Origin: Treponemataceae bacterium
GTDB lineage: Bacteria; Spirochaetota; Spirochaetia; Treponematales; Rectinemataceae
Length of the DNA: 64,000 nucleotides
NCBI GenBank assembly: GCA_963677895.2
Contig: CAXXGJ010000002.1
Span: 32,001 to 96,000, forward strand
Direction of reading: 5' to 3'
How positions within the stretch are numbered: the stretch's first letter is position 1; each line of letters begins with the position of its first letter. Positions 48,015 to 57,818 of the stretch are shown piece by piece. A program made the position numbers and the translations under genes. The notes beneath the pieces are model-generated. The model made no database searches, had not been told where the DNA came from, and was given only the letters and a program-made list of their open reading frames with translations.

Positions 48015-49489
48015 CCCGCGGCGTCCTTTATTGATTCGCTTTCCCAAGGCAGGTCGAGCTGCATGGATGGATCCTCCCTGAACGCCGGATCCAGAAGGGC
48101 GCGGCGCAGCATCTCCGGATTCTCCAGCATTCCCCCTCCCCGGTACGCGCCCTCATTGTCAGGCAACCTGCCCGACACCGTGATGAACCATTTCGCCCGC
48201 CTCATGACCACGCCCAGACGGGAGAGGGATGAAGCCTTGATGGAGGACTGTTTCCTGGCCTTCAGGATGCGCATGGCCGACTTGGGGCCGATCCCCGGCA
48301 CGCGCAGGAGTTCCTTGTAATCGGCTGTCGATAGCTCCACGGGAAAAAACTGAATGTTGCGAAGCGCCCAAGAGCTCTTGGGGTCCATGTTTTGGTCCAG
48401 GAAGGGGTGGGATGAATCCAGGATTTCCGAGGCTTCGAAACCGTAGAAGCGGAAAAGCCAGTCGGCCTGGTAAAGCCTGTGCTCTCTCGCGAGCGGGGGT
48501 CTGGCGACGACGGGAAGCCTCGGATCCGTCCCTGTCGGTATGAACGCCGAGTAATAGACCCGTCTGACATCGTAGGCCAGGTAGAGATTCTCGGCGAGGG
48601 TGAGAATGGTGGCATCGGATTCGGGGCTGGCTCCGACCACCAGCTGCGTCGTCTGCCCGGCGGGCATGAGCGGGGCCTCCGGGTTTCGCGTCCGGGTCTT
48701 CCTCGCGTCGAATACGCTGATTCCCCTCGACAGGTCGCGGTCGGCTGGCTTCAGGTCCCGAGCACTGGGTTTAATATAGGGGATGAGGGAGCTGTCGCCG
48801 GCTGGAGCTTGGGCCGAGGCCCCGACAGGGGCTCCGCCCTGCGCGGCCGCCAGGGCGGTCGGGTTTGTCGCGGACGCGATCTGCGGCGGTTCGAAGCCGC
48901 CGGCCTTCGCGAGCGCTCGCATGGGACCGAAAATCGCTTTGGGCGTCTTGTCCGGCGCTATTCTCGAAAGGCTGGCCGCGCTCGGCAGCTCTATGTTCAC
49001 CGAAACCCTGTCCGCCCATCTGGCCGCTTCGAGGACAAGCCTTTCCGAGGCGCCGGGTATCACCTTGAGATGGATATAGCCGTTGAAACGCTCCCTGGTC
49101 CTCAAGGTCCTGGCGACCCAGATCAGGCGTTCCATCGTCGCGTCCGGGCAGCCGATTACGCCCGATGAAAGAAAAGTGCCTTCAATATAGTTGCGGCGAT
49201 AGAAGTCGATGATGAGCCGGACGAGTTCCTCGGGCTCGAAAGCCGCCCGCCTGACATCGTTCGAGCGTCTGTTTACGCAATAGGCGCAATCATAGGCGCA
49301 GGCGTTGGAAAGCAGCACCTTGAGGAGGGCGACGCAGCGTCCGTCGGATGCCCAGGAGTGGCAAATGCCGCCGACGGCGCCGTTGCCCAGACCTCCCGGG
49401 GTGTTTTTTCGCCCGCTTCCCGAGGTGGAACAGGAAGCGTCATATTTGGCGGCGTCGGCCAGGACGCCGATTTTATCGTTTACGTTCAT
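48011..49489 (-). CDS. TIGR03916-type putative DNA modification/repair radical SAM protein with HhH
   Basis: AAKYDASC, GICHSW..DGRC, CAYDCAYC, REHRLYQADWL, LLRVPGIG. Confidence 0.93.
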   Translation of the reverse strand: MNVNDKIGVLADAAKYDASCSTSGSGRKNTPGGLGNGAVGGICHSWASDGRCVALLKVLLSNACAYDCAYCVNRRSNDVRRAAFEPEELVRLIIDFYRRNYIEGTFLSSGVIGCPDATMERLIWVARTLRTRERFNGYIHLKVIPGASERLVLEAARWADRVSVNIELPSAASLSRIAPDKTPKAIFGPMRALAKAGGFEPPQIASATNPTALAAAQGGAPVGASAQAPAGDSSLIPYIKPSARDLKPADRDLSRGISVFDARKTRTRNPEAPLMPAGQTTQLVVGASPESDATILTLAENLYLAYDVRRVYYSAFIPTGTDPRLPVVARPPLAREHRLYQADWLFRFYGFEASEILDSSHPFLDQNMDPKSSWALRNIQFFPVELSTADYKELLRVPGIGPKSAMRILKARKQSSIKASSLSRLGVVMRRAKWFITVSGRLPDNEGAYRGGGMLENPEMLRRALLDPAFREDPSMQLDLPWESESIKDAAG

Positions 49490-49520
49490 GTATACTAAAC
49501 ATAAGTTTAGTATACATGAA
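49485..49520. promoter_or_regulatory. Perfect 36-bp palindrome (candidate operator) over the -10 box and start codon
   Basis: TTCATGTATACTAAAC-ATAA-GTTTAGTATACATGAA; TTGACA(49532-49527)-17-TAAACT on the minus strand. Confidence 0.8.
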
Positions 49521-49528
49521 AGCGACTG

Positions 49529-49975
49529 TCAACGATTGTCGTCCAGCTTCGCTTCGAATACGAACTGTTCCTTGACCTTCAGGAATCCTTCCCTTCCGTA
49601 GAAACGATGGGCATCCTCGCGTATGACATTCGCTCGCAGGCGGACAATGCCCAGATGTTTGGCTTTCGTCCATTTTTTCACTTCGCCCATGAGCGACGCG
49701 CCGATGCCGGCGCTTCGGTGCTTCGAGTCGACGACGAAACCCGAAATTTCGACATAGGCAGGCGTGTAAAAATGGTCAATGACGCCTACGCTCGTCCAGC
49801 CGACAACCTGGCCGGAAAGCTCAGCGACCATGACCCGTTCATCGGGATTGCCGGCATATCTCCGGAGACCTGCCTGAACCGAGTCGATCGAGGCGGGATA
49901 GCCAAGCTGGGCGGCGAGATCGGCAAGGGATGCGGCATCGGCGCCGGTCGCGTCCCTGATGGTCAGAGTATTCAT
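49529..49975 (-). CDS. GNAT family N-acetyltransferase
   Basis: LAAQLGY, VDSKHRSAGIG, AHRFY..GF. Confidence 0.88.
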   Translation of the reverse strand: MNTLTIRDATGADAASLADLAAQLGYPASIDSVQAGLRRYAGNPDERVMVAELSGQVVGWTSVGVIDHFYTPAYVEISGFVVDSKHRSAGIGASLMGEVKKWTKAKHLGIVRLRANVIREDAHRFYGREGFLKVKEQFVFEAKLDDNR

Positions 49976-49993
49976 TGTAGGTTCCTTCCCTCG

Positions 49994-50884
49994 TCAGTTT
50001 TCGAGCGAATAATAGCCGACGACGTCTATGTCGTCGAATCCCGCGTTTTTGTACAGCTTCATGGCGTTGACGTTGGTGCTGTCGACATCGATCAATAGTT
50101 CATGATCGCGGCCGACCAGATCGAGGACGGCGCAGAGAAATTCCATCCCGTATCCCTTGCCCTGCTCGTCGGGGGACACGGCCAGCGTATTGACCGAGAG
50201 CACGCCTTCCTCGTCGGCGACGAAGCAGGTGGCCATGATTTTCCCTTTGAGGGAACCGAGATATGCCCGCCTGGCGCCCGAAGCGAAACTAGAGCGCACG
50301 AAGGCTTCGGTTTCCGCTCCCGGATCGTTGAAAGCGGAGGAGAGAATCCTCGTCATGACTGGAACGTCGGGCAGCCCTCCCTCCCGCAGCTTCAGCCGGT
50401 CGGGGTGCTGCCAGAGTATATGCCGTGTCAGCCTGAGCGCGTGCTCCTCGTGTTCCGGCACGGCCCCGACCCTCGACGCGAACGCTTTCCCTGACGCGGA
50501 ACGGTCGTTGCATACGAGGAGCTGTCGCGCGCCGCCTATCCTGGCGCCGCCCGCCCTGGATTCGGCGCCGCCTATCGTGGCGCCGCCAGCGAGTGCCTTC
50601 CGCGCCGCCGCAAGGAGCCTGCCGGCATGGCCTTTTCTTCTCGCCTCCGGCGCCACGCAGATGGCGATCTCGCCTTCCTCTAGCCTGGGCGCGAAGATCG
50701 AGGCCAGGCCCAGGAGCCTGCCCTCATCATACAGAAGGAACCAGCTGTCCATGTCCTTGCGGAAATTCAGGCGATGGTCGATCTGCACGCAGGGAGAACA
50801 GCCGTCCAAGGCCGCGCAGGCTCCGATCAAAGCCTTTACGTCGGCTTCCTTCGCTTCATCGAGACTCCGAAGTTCATATATCAT
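49994..50884 (-). CDS. Tandem-domain GNAT acetyltransferase
   Basis: VAPEARRKGHA and VSPDEQGKGYG, NAMKLYKNAGF. Confidence 0.85.
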   Translation of the reverse strand: MIYELRSLDEAKEADVKALIGACAALDGCSPCVQIDHRLNFRKDMDSWFLLYDEGRLLGLASIFAPRLEEGEIAICVAPEARRKGHAGRLLAAARKALAGGATIGGAESRAGGARIGGARQLLVCNDRSASGKAFASRVGAVPEHEEHALRLTRHILWQHPDRLKLREGGLPDVPVMTRILSSAFNDPGAETEAFVRSSFASGARRAYLGSLKGKIMATCFVADEEGVLSVNTLAVSPDEQGKGYGMEFLCAVLDLVGRDHELLIDVDSTNVNAMKLYKNAGFDDIDVVGYYSLEN

Positions 50885-52111
50885 TTATTGTCCTTTTATG
50901 GTTTGGCCGATTTTCCGTCCGGACAGCGAGGAAGCCCTGAGATACAGGAGAGACGAAGCGCCGAACATCGCGCCCGCGATGATCCAAACCCCGGGTATCC
51001 TCAAATGGGTAACGAGGGCGGCGAAGGCGAGGGATCCAGCGGCTCCGCCCAACTGGACCGCGAGCGATCCAAGGGATAGCATCGAAGACCTTCTATCCTC
51101 TGGGATTTCGACATTGAAGACAGTGCTTTCGGGTACGTTGGCCATGCCGTTGAAAAGAAACATCGAAAGATAGAACACCGAGAAGGAAATCGTCGTTTTC
51201 TGGAACGCAAGCGCGAGTATCAAGACTCCCGCGGCGATCCTAAGCAGGAAAAGCAGGAAAAGATGGGGGATTTTCCGCCTGGAGAGAAGCAGGCCGACGA
51301 GGAGGACGCCAGCCAGGGAGGCGATGAAATATCCGCTGTTCACGATGCCAAAAATCCAGGTCTTTTGATCCGACCCGAGAATTTCCTTCAAGCGAGGCTG
51401 CCAGTAGACCTCTATCGCGGAAAAAGTGAATCCCCAGAGGCATGTCCCCGCCAGCAACAGTCCCAGGATCCTGCTTCCGCGGATTATCCTGAGTGAATCG
51501 GCCACGTAATCCCCGAATTTGACGGAAGGCCCGACCGGCGGCTCATCCTTTTTGGTCGTAAGCAAGGTCAAGGCCAGAAGCGCCAAAAGGATCAGTATCT
51601 GCGCGACGAGGTTGCCGTTGTAGCGGTCGGAAGCCGGCCAGAGCTTTTCCCAGAGGAGAGGGAGAAAGCCTCCGAGAAGGGCGCCCGAAGCGAGGCCCGC
51701 CGTTTCGCCTGCGCTCATAACGCTCATTAGCCTGTGGAGGTTTTCCTTGCCGTGGACGGTTATATAGTCATTTATGTAGACGGCCTCTATGGAGCCTGAG
51801 GAGAAGGCCCTCGAAACGGCATACAGGGCGAAACCGGATAGAATCGGCATGAAGCCTTCGGCCCATATAAGGATGAAACGCGCCGCCAGGGAAAAACCTA
51901 TGGAGATGAGATAGATGCGCCTCCTGCCTATCGAGTCCGACAATATCCCGCTGGGGAATTCCAGAAGCACGACGATGATGGAGACGATCGCTCCGACTAT
52001 GCCAAGGTTTTCGATCGACACACCCCTGGACAGGATCATGAGGCTCATCACCGTCGTCATGATGCCCATGACCATCCAGTGCAGGAATCTGTTCAGGAAG
52101 GGAATTATCAC
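50885..52111 (-). CDS. MFS transporter
   Basis: EFPSGILSDSIGRR, AFSSGSIEA; GTG 52111 after SD GGAG. Confidence 0.85.
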   Translation of the reverse strand: MIIPFLNRFLHWMVMGIMTTVMSLMILSRGVSIENLGIVGAIVSIIVVLLEFPSGILSDSIGRRRIYLISIGFSLAARFILIWAEGFMPILSGFALYAVSRAFSSGSIEAVYINDYITVHGKENLHRLMSVMSAGETAGLASGALLGGFLPLLWEKLWPASDRYNGNLVAQILILLALLALTLLTTKKDEPPVGPSVKFGDYVADSLRIIRGSRILGLLLAGTCLWGFTFSAIEVYWQPRLKEILGSDQKTWIFGIVNSGYFIASLAGVLLVGLLLSRRKIPHLFLLFLLRIAAGVLILALAFQKTTISFSVFYLSMFLFNGMANVPESTVFNVEIPEDRRSSMLSLGSLAVQLGGAAGSLAFAALVTHLRIPGVWIIAGAMFGASSLLYLRASSLSGRKIGQTIKGQ

Positions 52112-52348
52112 CGCAGCTCCCGGCGCGTCGCAGCTTGATCTTTGTATTCGGGGTATTCGGGCGCCAGGCGAATTATCGCCCGCGGTTCTTCCCTGGTCAA
52201 TGCGCCCGCTCCCAACTTGACGGCGCTTTTCGTGGAGGGCTACAGTCAGTGTGTCTTGCCGATAGCCGCGAGTCGGCGAATTCGGGCTCCGGCGCAGTCT
52301 GGCTCCGGCAAGATCAAAAAACGGCGAAACAAGCGCCGAGGAGAAGCC

Positions 52349-53449
52349 ATGGGAACCGAGGATGTTCGAACGAAGCGCGCGGCGATAGTCTCGATGCTCC
52401 ACCCGCGGGGGATCCCTTCCCTCTGGTGTCCGCCCATCACGCACTACGACGAGCGCGGGGGAATCGACATGGCGAGATCACGGGCCCATCTCGCGAGGAT
52501 TATTCCTTACGCGCCCTGCCTTCTCATTCCGGGCTCCACCGGCGACGGCTGGGAAATGGGCGAGGCCGAGACGGAAACGATGCTCCGCGACCTGCTTCCC
52601 ATCGTCGGATCCCTGGGCGGCAAGGTTCTGGCCGGAGCCCTGCATCCGAGCGCCTCCGCCGCCAGACGCGCGATGGAAGCCAGGATGGACCTGGCTCTTG
52701 AAACCGTCGGCTCCAGAATCCGCGCCGAAAGCCTGCTCGGCGATCCGCTGAAATCGGCCGCGGCATGCGCCGAGGCGGGAATCGCGGGTTTTGCCGTCTG
52801 CGCCCCGGCGGGAGTCGATCTCACCCAGGATCAGATTGGCGTTGCTCTCTCCGGCATTCTCGACATGGGGCTGCCCACCGCCGTTTACCAGCTTCCTCAG
52901 GTGACGAAAAACGAGATTGAACCCGAAACCTTCGCGCTTCTCGTGGCGAACTACCCCAATCTCTATCTTTTCAAGGATACGAGCGGACTGGATCATGTGG
53001 CCTTGGCCGATATCGACAGGGGAGGGGTCTTCTTCGCGCGCGGCGCCGAGGGGGAATTCTCGCGCTGGATATCCAGGTCGGGCAGCCCGGAGGGCTCGGC
53101 GGCCGAGCATCGCTACGACGGATTCCTCCTCAGTTCGGCCAACGTCTTCGCGAAGGACTTGGCCGAGATTATTGAGGCCGCGCGAAACGGCGACGAAGCC
53201 AAAGCCGACCTGATTTCGGGAAGGATCGACCGCGTGGTCGCCGCCGTATTCGCCGAGGCGGCTAAGCTACCATTCGGAAACGCCTTCAGCAACGCCAACC
53301 GCGCGTTGGAATGGGCGATGACCGCGAGAGGCGGCTCCGTCGAGCTTCTGCCGCCGAGAACGCATTGCGGCGAGAAGCTTCCCGCTTCCCTGCTTCATTT
53401 TGCCGCCGCGGCCTTGGCTTCGGAGGGGGTGAAAGCGGTATATTCCTGA
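52349..53449 (+). CDS. Divergent DHDPS-family protein
   Basis: PPITHY, PGSTGDGWE, YQLPQVT, FKDTSG. Confidence 0.8.
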   Translation: MGTEDVRTKRAAIVSMLHPRGIPSLWCPPITHYDERGGIDMARSRAHLARIIPYAPCLLIPGSTGDGWEMGEAETETMLRDLLPIVGSLGGKVLAGALHPSASAARRAMEARMDLALETVGSRIRAESLLGDPLKSAAACAEAGIAGFAVCAPAGVDLTQDQIGVALSGILDMGLPTAVYQLPQVTKNEIEPETFALLVANYPNLYLFKDTSGLDHVALADIDRGGVFFARGAEGEFSRWISRSGSPEGSAAEHRYDGFLLSSANVFAKDLAEIIEAARNGDEAKADLISGRIDRVVAAVFAEAAKLPFGNAFSNANRALEWAMTARGGSVELLPPRTHCGEKLPASLLHFAAAALASEGVKAVYS

Positions 53450-53451
53450 GC

Positions 53452-54699
53452 ATGGGCAAAAACTGGAAGAAGGACCTGGCTCTTTTCCTGGGCAGCCAGG
53501 CAGTATCAATTTTCGGATCCATGCTGGTGCAGTACGCCATCATGTGGCACATAACGCTCACCGCGAATTCGGGATCGGTGCAGACGCTCTACATAGTTTG
53601 CGGCATACTGCCCACGTTTTTCATATCGCCCTTCGCCGGGGTCTGGGCGGATCGTCATGATCGCAGGAAGCTCATCATGCTCTCCGACTCGATGATCGCG
53701 GTCACGACGCTCATCGTCGCCATCGTATTCCTGGCAAGCAGGGAGAAAAGTCTTGTCCTTCTCCTGGCGGCTTCGGCGGTGCGCGCCCTGGGACAGGGAA
53801 TCCAGACGCCGTCGGTGGGGGCCTTCCTTCCGCAGATCGTGCCTCAGGAGCATCTCACCAAGGCCAACGCCTTCGCTACGACCATCCAGTCCGTCATCAT
53901 GCTGGCCTCGCCCCTGCTCAGCGCCGCCCTTCTTTCCTTCGCCTCAATAGAAGCAATCTTTTTCATCGACGTGGCGACGGCCCTGGCCGCCGTATCCATA
54001 CTCGGACTTTTCCTCAAAACCCCTCCCCACGAACGCGCCTCCAGGAAGATCGAACTGAGCTATTTCCACGACCTTCGCGAGGGATTTTCCTATATAGGTT
54101 CGCACGCCTATCTGAAGTTCTTCTTCCTCTACTGCGCGATGTTCTTTTTCTTCGCGGCTCCCATCGCCTTCCTGACGCCCCTCCAGGTAGCCCGTTCTTT
54201 CGGAGGCGACGTCTGGCGCCTAACGGCCATCGAGATCAGCTTTTCGCTCGGGATGATGGGAGGCGGGCTGCTCATGGGCACCTGGGGCGGTTTCAGGAAC
54301 AGGGTCCATACCATGGCTTTTTCCAGCTTCCTCATGGGAGCCATGACCCTGGCCCTCGGCCTCGTGCCGGTTTTCTGGATCTACCTTCTTTTCATGGGGC
54401 TGACCGGCGTTTCCATGCCCATCTTCAATACGCCCGCCTCCGTCCTTCTCCAGGAGAAGGTGGAACCCGATTTCCTGGGGCGGGTCTTCGGAGTCCTGGG
54501 CATGATATCCAGCGTCATGATGCCGATCGGGATGCTTCTCTTCGGGCCCATCGCCGACATGGTGAGGATCGAATGGCTGCTTGTGGGCAGCGGTGGCGTG
54601 ATTGCCCTCCTCGGGCTCTTCCTGATGGGCAACAAGGTATTGGCAAGCCACGGATTGCCCGCGGATCCAGTAGGTCGGGAACCTTCAGGCCAGGTTTGA
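53452..54699 (+). CDS. MFS transporter, Mef(A)-like/DHA3 family
   Basis: WKK..LFLGSQAVSIFGS.LVQYAIMWHITL, GVWADRHDRRKL, LGRVFG. Confidence 0.88.
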   Translation: MGKNWKKDLALFLGSQAVSIFGSMLVQYAIMWHITLTANSGSVQTLYIVCGILPTFFISPFAGVWADRHDRRKLIMLSDSMIAVTTLIVAIVFLASREKSLVLLLAASAVRALGQGIQTPSVGAFLPQIVPQEHLTKANAFATTIQSVIMLASPLLSAALLSFASIEAIFFIDVATALAAVSILGLFLKTPPHERASRKIELSYFHDLREGFSYIGSHAYLKFFFLYCAMFFFFAAPIAFLTPLQVARSFGGDVWRLTAIEISFSLGMMGGGLLMGTWGGFRNRVHTMAFSSFLMGAMTLALGLVPVFWIYLLFMGLTGVSMPIFNTPASVLLQEKVEPDFLGRVFGVLGMISSVMMPIGMLLFGPIADMVRIEWLLVGSGGVIALLGLFLMGNKVLASHGLPADPVGREPSGQV

Positions 54700-54728
54700 A
54701 TAAAAGATAATGTTTGCCGCGCGTCGGC

Positions 54729-55679
54729 TCATCCGCTCATCCGGGCGAGAGCGCCAGAGTCGGCCACCAGGCAGTCCATAGCCCTTTTTACGACGAAACC
54801 CTCGGCCAGATAAAGCGCGAGCGCGTTCTTGTTGCTCGCGTTCACCGAAAGGCTGGCCGACCGGAAACCTCGGGACGCACCGAAGCTTATCGCGCTCCTG
54901 ATGAGGACTCTCCCGAGCCCCAGGTGCCTGTACGCCTTGTCCACCGATACGGCGCTTATGAAAATCGATCCTTCTTCATCGTCGCGTTCGCAGTAGATGG
55001 TACCGCAAGCCTTGCCCTCGGGATCGAGGAGAAGCATGGCTCCGCCTTCCAGGGCTTCGGCGCCGCCAAGCCTTTCCACCCAATCCTCCACCCTCGTGTC
55101 GCTGGAGCCAGTCACCTCGCGGAAATTGCGGTTCCTCACGAGGACGAAATCGGCCAGGGCTTCCACATCATCCCGCCGCAGGACGGTCAGCGCAAACCCA
55201 GGCGGAAGGCTTGGCTCTCCGCAGTCCATGTCGTCGCGGCGCATGGCGCAGGCCATCCTTTCCAATATAAAGCCGGATTCAAGCAGGAACTCGCCGAGAA
55301 AAGGCAGTCCTGAGGGAAGAAAGAGATAAAGGCTCAGGCTTTGTCCCGCGCCAGCGGCCTCGGCGGCGCGGACGGTCCTGGCCGCCGAGGCCAGGAGCAT
55401 CCGGTAGGCCGCGCGCCTTTCGGAAGGATCGCTGACCGAAGCGTGGAGTATCGCTATCCTGATCCTGCCCGACGCTATCATCGAGGCGCTGAGCATGAGC
55501 GAGAGGACGGCGACTATGGAACCCTGCTCGTCCCGGAGGACGAAGCTGGGCTGTTCACGTTTGCCAGCGAAATCGGCGCCGGGAACATAGGATTCGTCGT
55601 GTTCGTTTCCGTGTCGGGCGCAATATTTCAGAAAAGCGGCTTTATTTCCCTGACTGTATGGTTCCAGCTTGAAGTTCAT
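54729..55679 (-). CDS. GNAT family acetyltransferase
   Basis: VDKAYRHLGLG, LSVNASNKNALALY..GF. Confidence 0.82.
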   Translation of the reverse strand: MNFKLEPYSQGNKAAFLKYCARHGNEHDESYVPGADFAGKREQPSFVLRDEQGSIVAVLSLMLSASMIASGRIRIAILHASVSDPSERRAAYRMLLASAARTVRAAEAAGAGQSLSLYLFLPSGLPFLGEFLLESGFILERMACAMRRDDMDCGEPSLPPGFALTVLRRDDVEALADFVLVRNRNFREVTGSSDTRVEDWVERLGGAEALEGGAMLLLDPEGKACGTIYCERDDEEGSIFISAVSVDKAYRHLGLGRVLIRSAISFGASRGFRSASLSVNASNKNALALYLAEGFVVKRAMDCLVADSGALARMSG

Positions 55680-55701
55680 GCCCTGAATAATACCACCGTA
55701 A

Positions 55702-56634
55702 TTATTGAAAATGAATGCCGTAACGCTTCAGCACCCTCAACGCGCGCAGCGTATTCCATCTGCCCTCCGCCCCGTTTTTTTCGACCATGAAATATGTCTT
55801 TCCCGCCTGCGACGCGGCTTTCCACCTGCCGTCCTTGCCGGCCGCCTTCCTTACGATCTCGAGCGCTTCCTCCATTCTTTCGTCATAGAGGGCGCCGAGC
55901 GTCCGAAACAAGTCCAGGCATCGCAAAATGTCGTATTTCCAGCGAACGGGAAAGCAGAACTTGAGGAATTCGTCTTTGATGACCTCGCCGGTCCGTTCCG
56001 ACTTGTAGAGCCTATGGCGAAGCATGAATTCGATGCCCCCGGCGATGGCGAGCTCCACCTCGCCCTTCCTGTGTTCGTTCCCGCCCCGGAGACAGGCGCC
56101 AAGACCCTCGATGACGCTGATCGTCGTATGCAGGGAGCTGTGCCTCGCCCCGTGCGGATATTCGCAATTCCAGCCCCCGTCGGGCATCCTCACCTTCATC
56201 AGGTAATCGATGATCCCTTCCACCGCCTCGCTTCCGATGCCGAAATGGCCGGCGATCGTCAGGATCATGCCGTTGACGCAGACATCGCTGTATTCCACCG
56301 TCCTCGCGTAATTGATGCCTCCGTCGCTTCCGACCGGATAGGACAAAAGCATCATGGCCGATTCCCTGCAGGCTTCCTGATCGTCGGGAACGGCGAGCTG
56401 CGTCAGCTCGTAGAGCACATAGTGGGTGCAGGTCCATTTGGGGTTGTAGACCCCGTTTCCCCAATGGCCGTCCGCCTTCCTTTCATCCAGGAGGGCTTTG
56501 GCCCAGCCGCTTGCGGGAATCCGAAGCCGGAGCTTTTCGGTTTCCGTCGCCGGTGAGGAAAGCAGATCCCTGCGCACCTGATACTCCAGCGCGGGGTCGG
56601 CGTCATCCAGCAGCCAATCTATGATTTCATTCAT
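55702..56634 (-). CDS. Prenyltransferase/squalene-oxidase-repeat-like alpha/alpha protein of unknown function
   Basis: ADGHWG, YNPKWT, PDGGWNC, SLHTT, YDILRCLD, WNTLRALRVL. Confidence 0.75.
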   Translation of the reverse strand: MNEIIDWLLDDADPALEYQVRRDLLSSPATETEKLRLRIPASGWAKALLDERKADGHWGNGVYNPKWTCTHYVLYELTQLAVPDDQEACRESAMMLLSYPVGSDGGINYARTVEYSDVCVNGMILTIAGHFGIGSEAVEGIIDYLMKVRMPDGGWNCEYPHGARHSSLHTTISVIEGLGACLRGGNEHRKGEVELAIAGGIEFMLRHRLYKSERTGEVIKDEFLKFCFPVRWKYDILRCLDLFRTLGALYDERMEEALEIVRKAAGKDGRWKAASQAGKTYFMVEKNGAEGRWNTLRALRVLKRYGIHFQ

Positions 56635-56769
56635 GGCGCGATCCACATCCTGAATCAATGATAGGCCGCTTCCCCGCTTTGTCAATCGAAGGATCCCGAG
56701 ACTTGCCTGTCCAGGATTCCCTCATTAGATTAATCGGATACGATCGACGCTCAGGAGGATCCCGCTATA

Positions 56770-57087
56770 ATGAAGATTACGAAAGAAAACTTGATTCGCC
56801 GGATGGCCGTGGTTGTCGCTATGCTGGCCGTCGCCCTTCTCTTCAGTTCCTGCCTGCCGGGAGACGGAAAGAACAGCGTGGAGAAGCCCGCCAACTTCCT
56901 GATGGGAATCTGGCATGGATGGATTGCGCCTCTGTCGATGATCGTGGGCATTTTTAACGGCAATATTCGCGTCTATGAAGTGAACAACAGCGGCTGGTGG
57001 TACGATCTGGGCTTCTATATGGCCATCATCTCGGGATTCGGCGGAATCGCCTTATCCAGGAAAGCCAGGAAAGAAAGGCACGTCTGA
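56770..57087 (+). CDS. Small membrane lipoprotein, hypothetical
   Basis: Lipobox FSSC; GIWHGWIAP, YEVNNSGWWYDLGF; SD AGGAGG. Confidence 0.75.
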   Translation: MKITKENLIRRMAVVVAMLAVALLFSSCLPGDGKNSVEKPANFLMGIWHGWIAPLSMIVGIFNGNIRVYEVNNSGWWYDLGFYMAIISGFGGIALSRKARKERHV

Positions 57088-57100
57088 GTTCAGGGCCGGT

Positions 57101-57775
57101 TCACTCCGCGACGATGAGGGACAGATCGACGAATTCCGCGCCGTAGCGCGTTTCGAGAATATGACGCGCGAGATCGAAGGCTGGCGAGTTGGCTTTCGCG
57201 ATGATCGCGGAGTCGGAGGTGGCTATAGCCCCGCCTTTCCAGGCTGAAACGAAACCGTCGGCGCTTGGGACCAGGATGACTTCGCCGGCGATGTCGCGAC
57301 GGGCCAGGCCTCTCCGTAGCGCTTCCGCGTGATCGGCGCTGCGGGGTATGGGGGCATCGAGGAAAAACGTCGCTTGGGTAATTTCGAGCAGGGCAAGATT
57401 CCCGCAGAGTTCGTCGATGGCCGCGTAGAACTGGGCGGCATCGGCCACCCGCCCGTGGGCTCCCCCGGCGTCGCGCAGGAATCCGTCGGTCGAGATGAAA
57501 AGCGGGTGCCCCCGAAGATAATTCGTGATAGTGAAAAGAATATTGTAGCCATCCACCGCGATGCGCGAATCCCGAGGAACTGAAGCGGCGCGCCGCAGCG
57601 CATTGGCGCGCGAAAGAGTCCCGGGCAGGACTCCCCTGAAAAGAACCATGCGTTCCGCCTTGTCGAGCCTGTAGCGATCGCCCGTGAGCTTGATGCTCGC
57701 GTCGACCGGATAGCCTCTGTCCAGAAGTAGCCGATAGTCTCGCGCCGCCTCGCGAAAATCACCGTCGAAATTCAT
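57101..57775 (-). CDS. DUF434 domain protein (PIN/NYN-like)
   Basis: LLDRGY, GDRYRL, VDGYNILFT, DGFLRD, LDAPIPRS, ATSDSAII. Confidence 0.8.
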   Translation of the reverse strand: MNFDGDFREAARDYRLLLDRGYPVDASIKLTGDRYRLDKAERMVLFRGVLPGTLSRANALRRAASVPRDSRIAVDGYNILFTITNYLRGHPLFISTDGFLRDAGGAHGRVADAAQFYAAIDELCGNLALLEITQATFFLDAPIPRSADHAEALRRGLARRDIAGEVILVPSADGFVSAWKGGAIATSDSAIIAKANSPAFDLARHILETRYGAEFVDLSLIVAE

Positions 57776-57818
57776 CCATTCGTCCTTCCGCATGATCACC
57801 GATGCCTTGGAGGTCCTT

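Noticed and set aside
53452..54699. Acquired macrolide resistance gene mef(A)
   Set aside because: Family-level resemblance only; no msr(D) or mobile context, and host-like composition.
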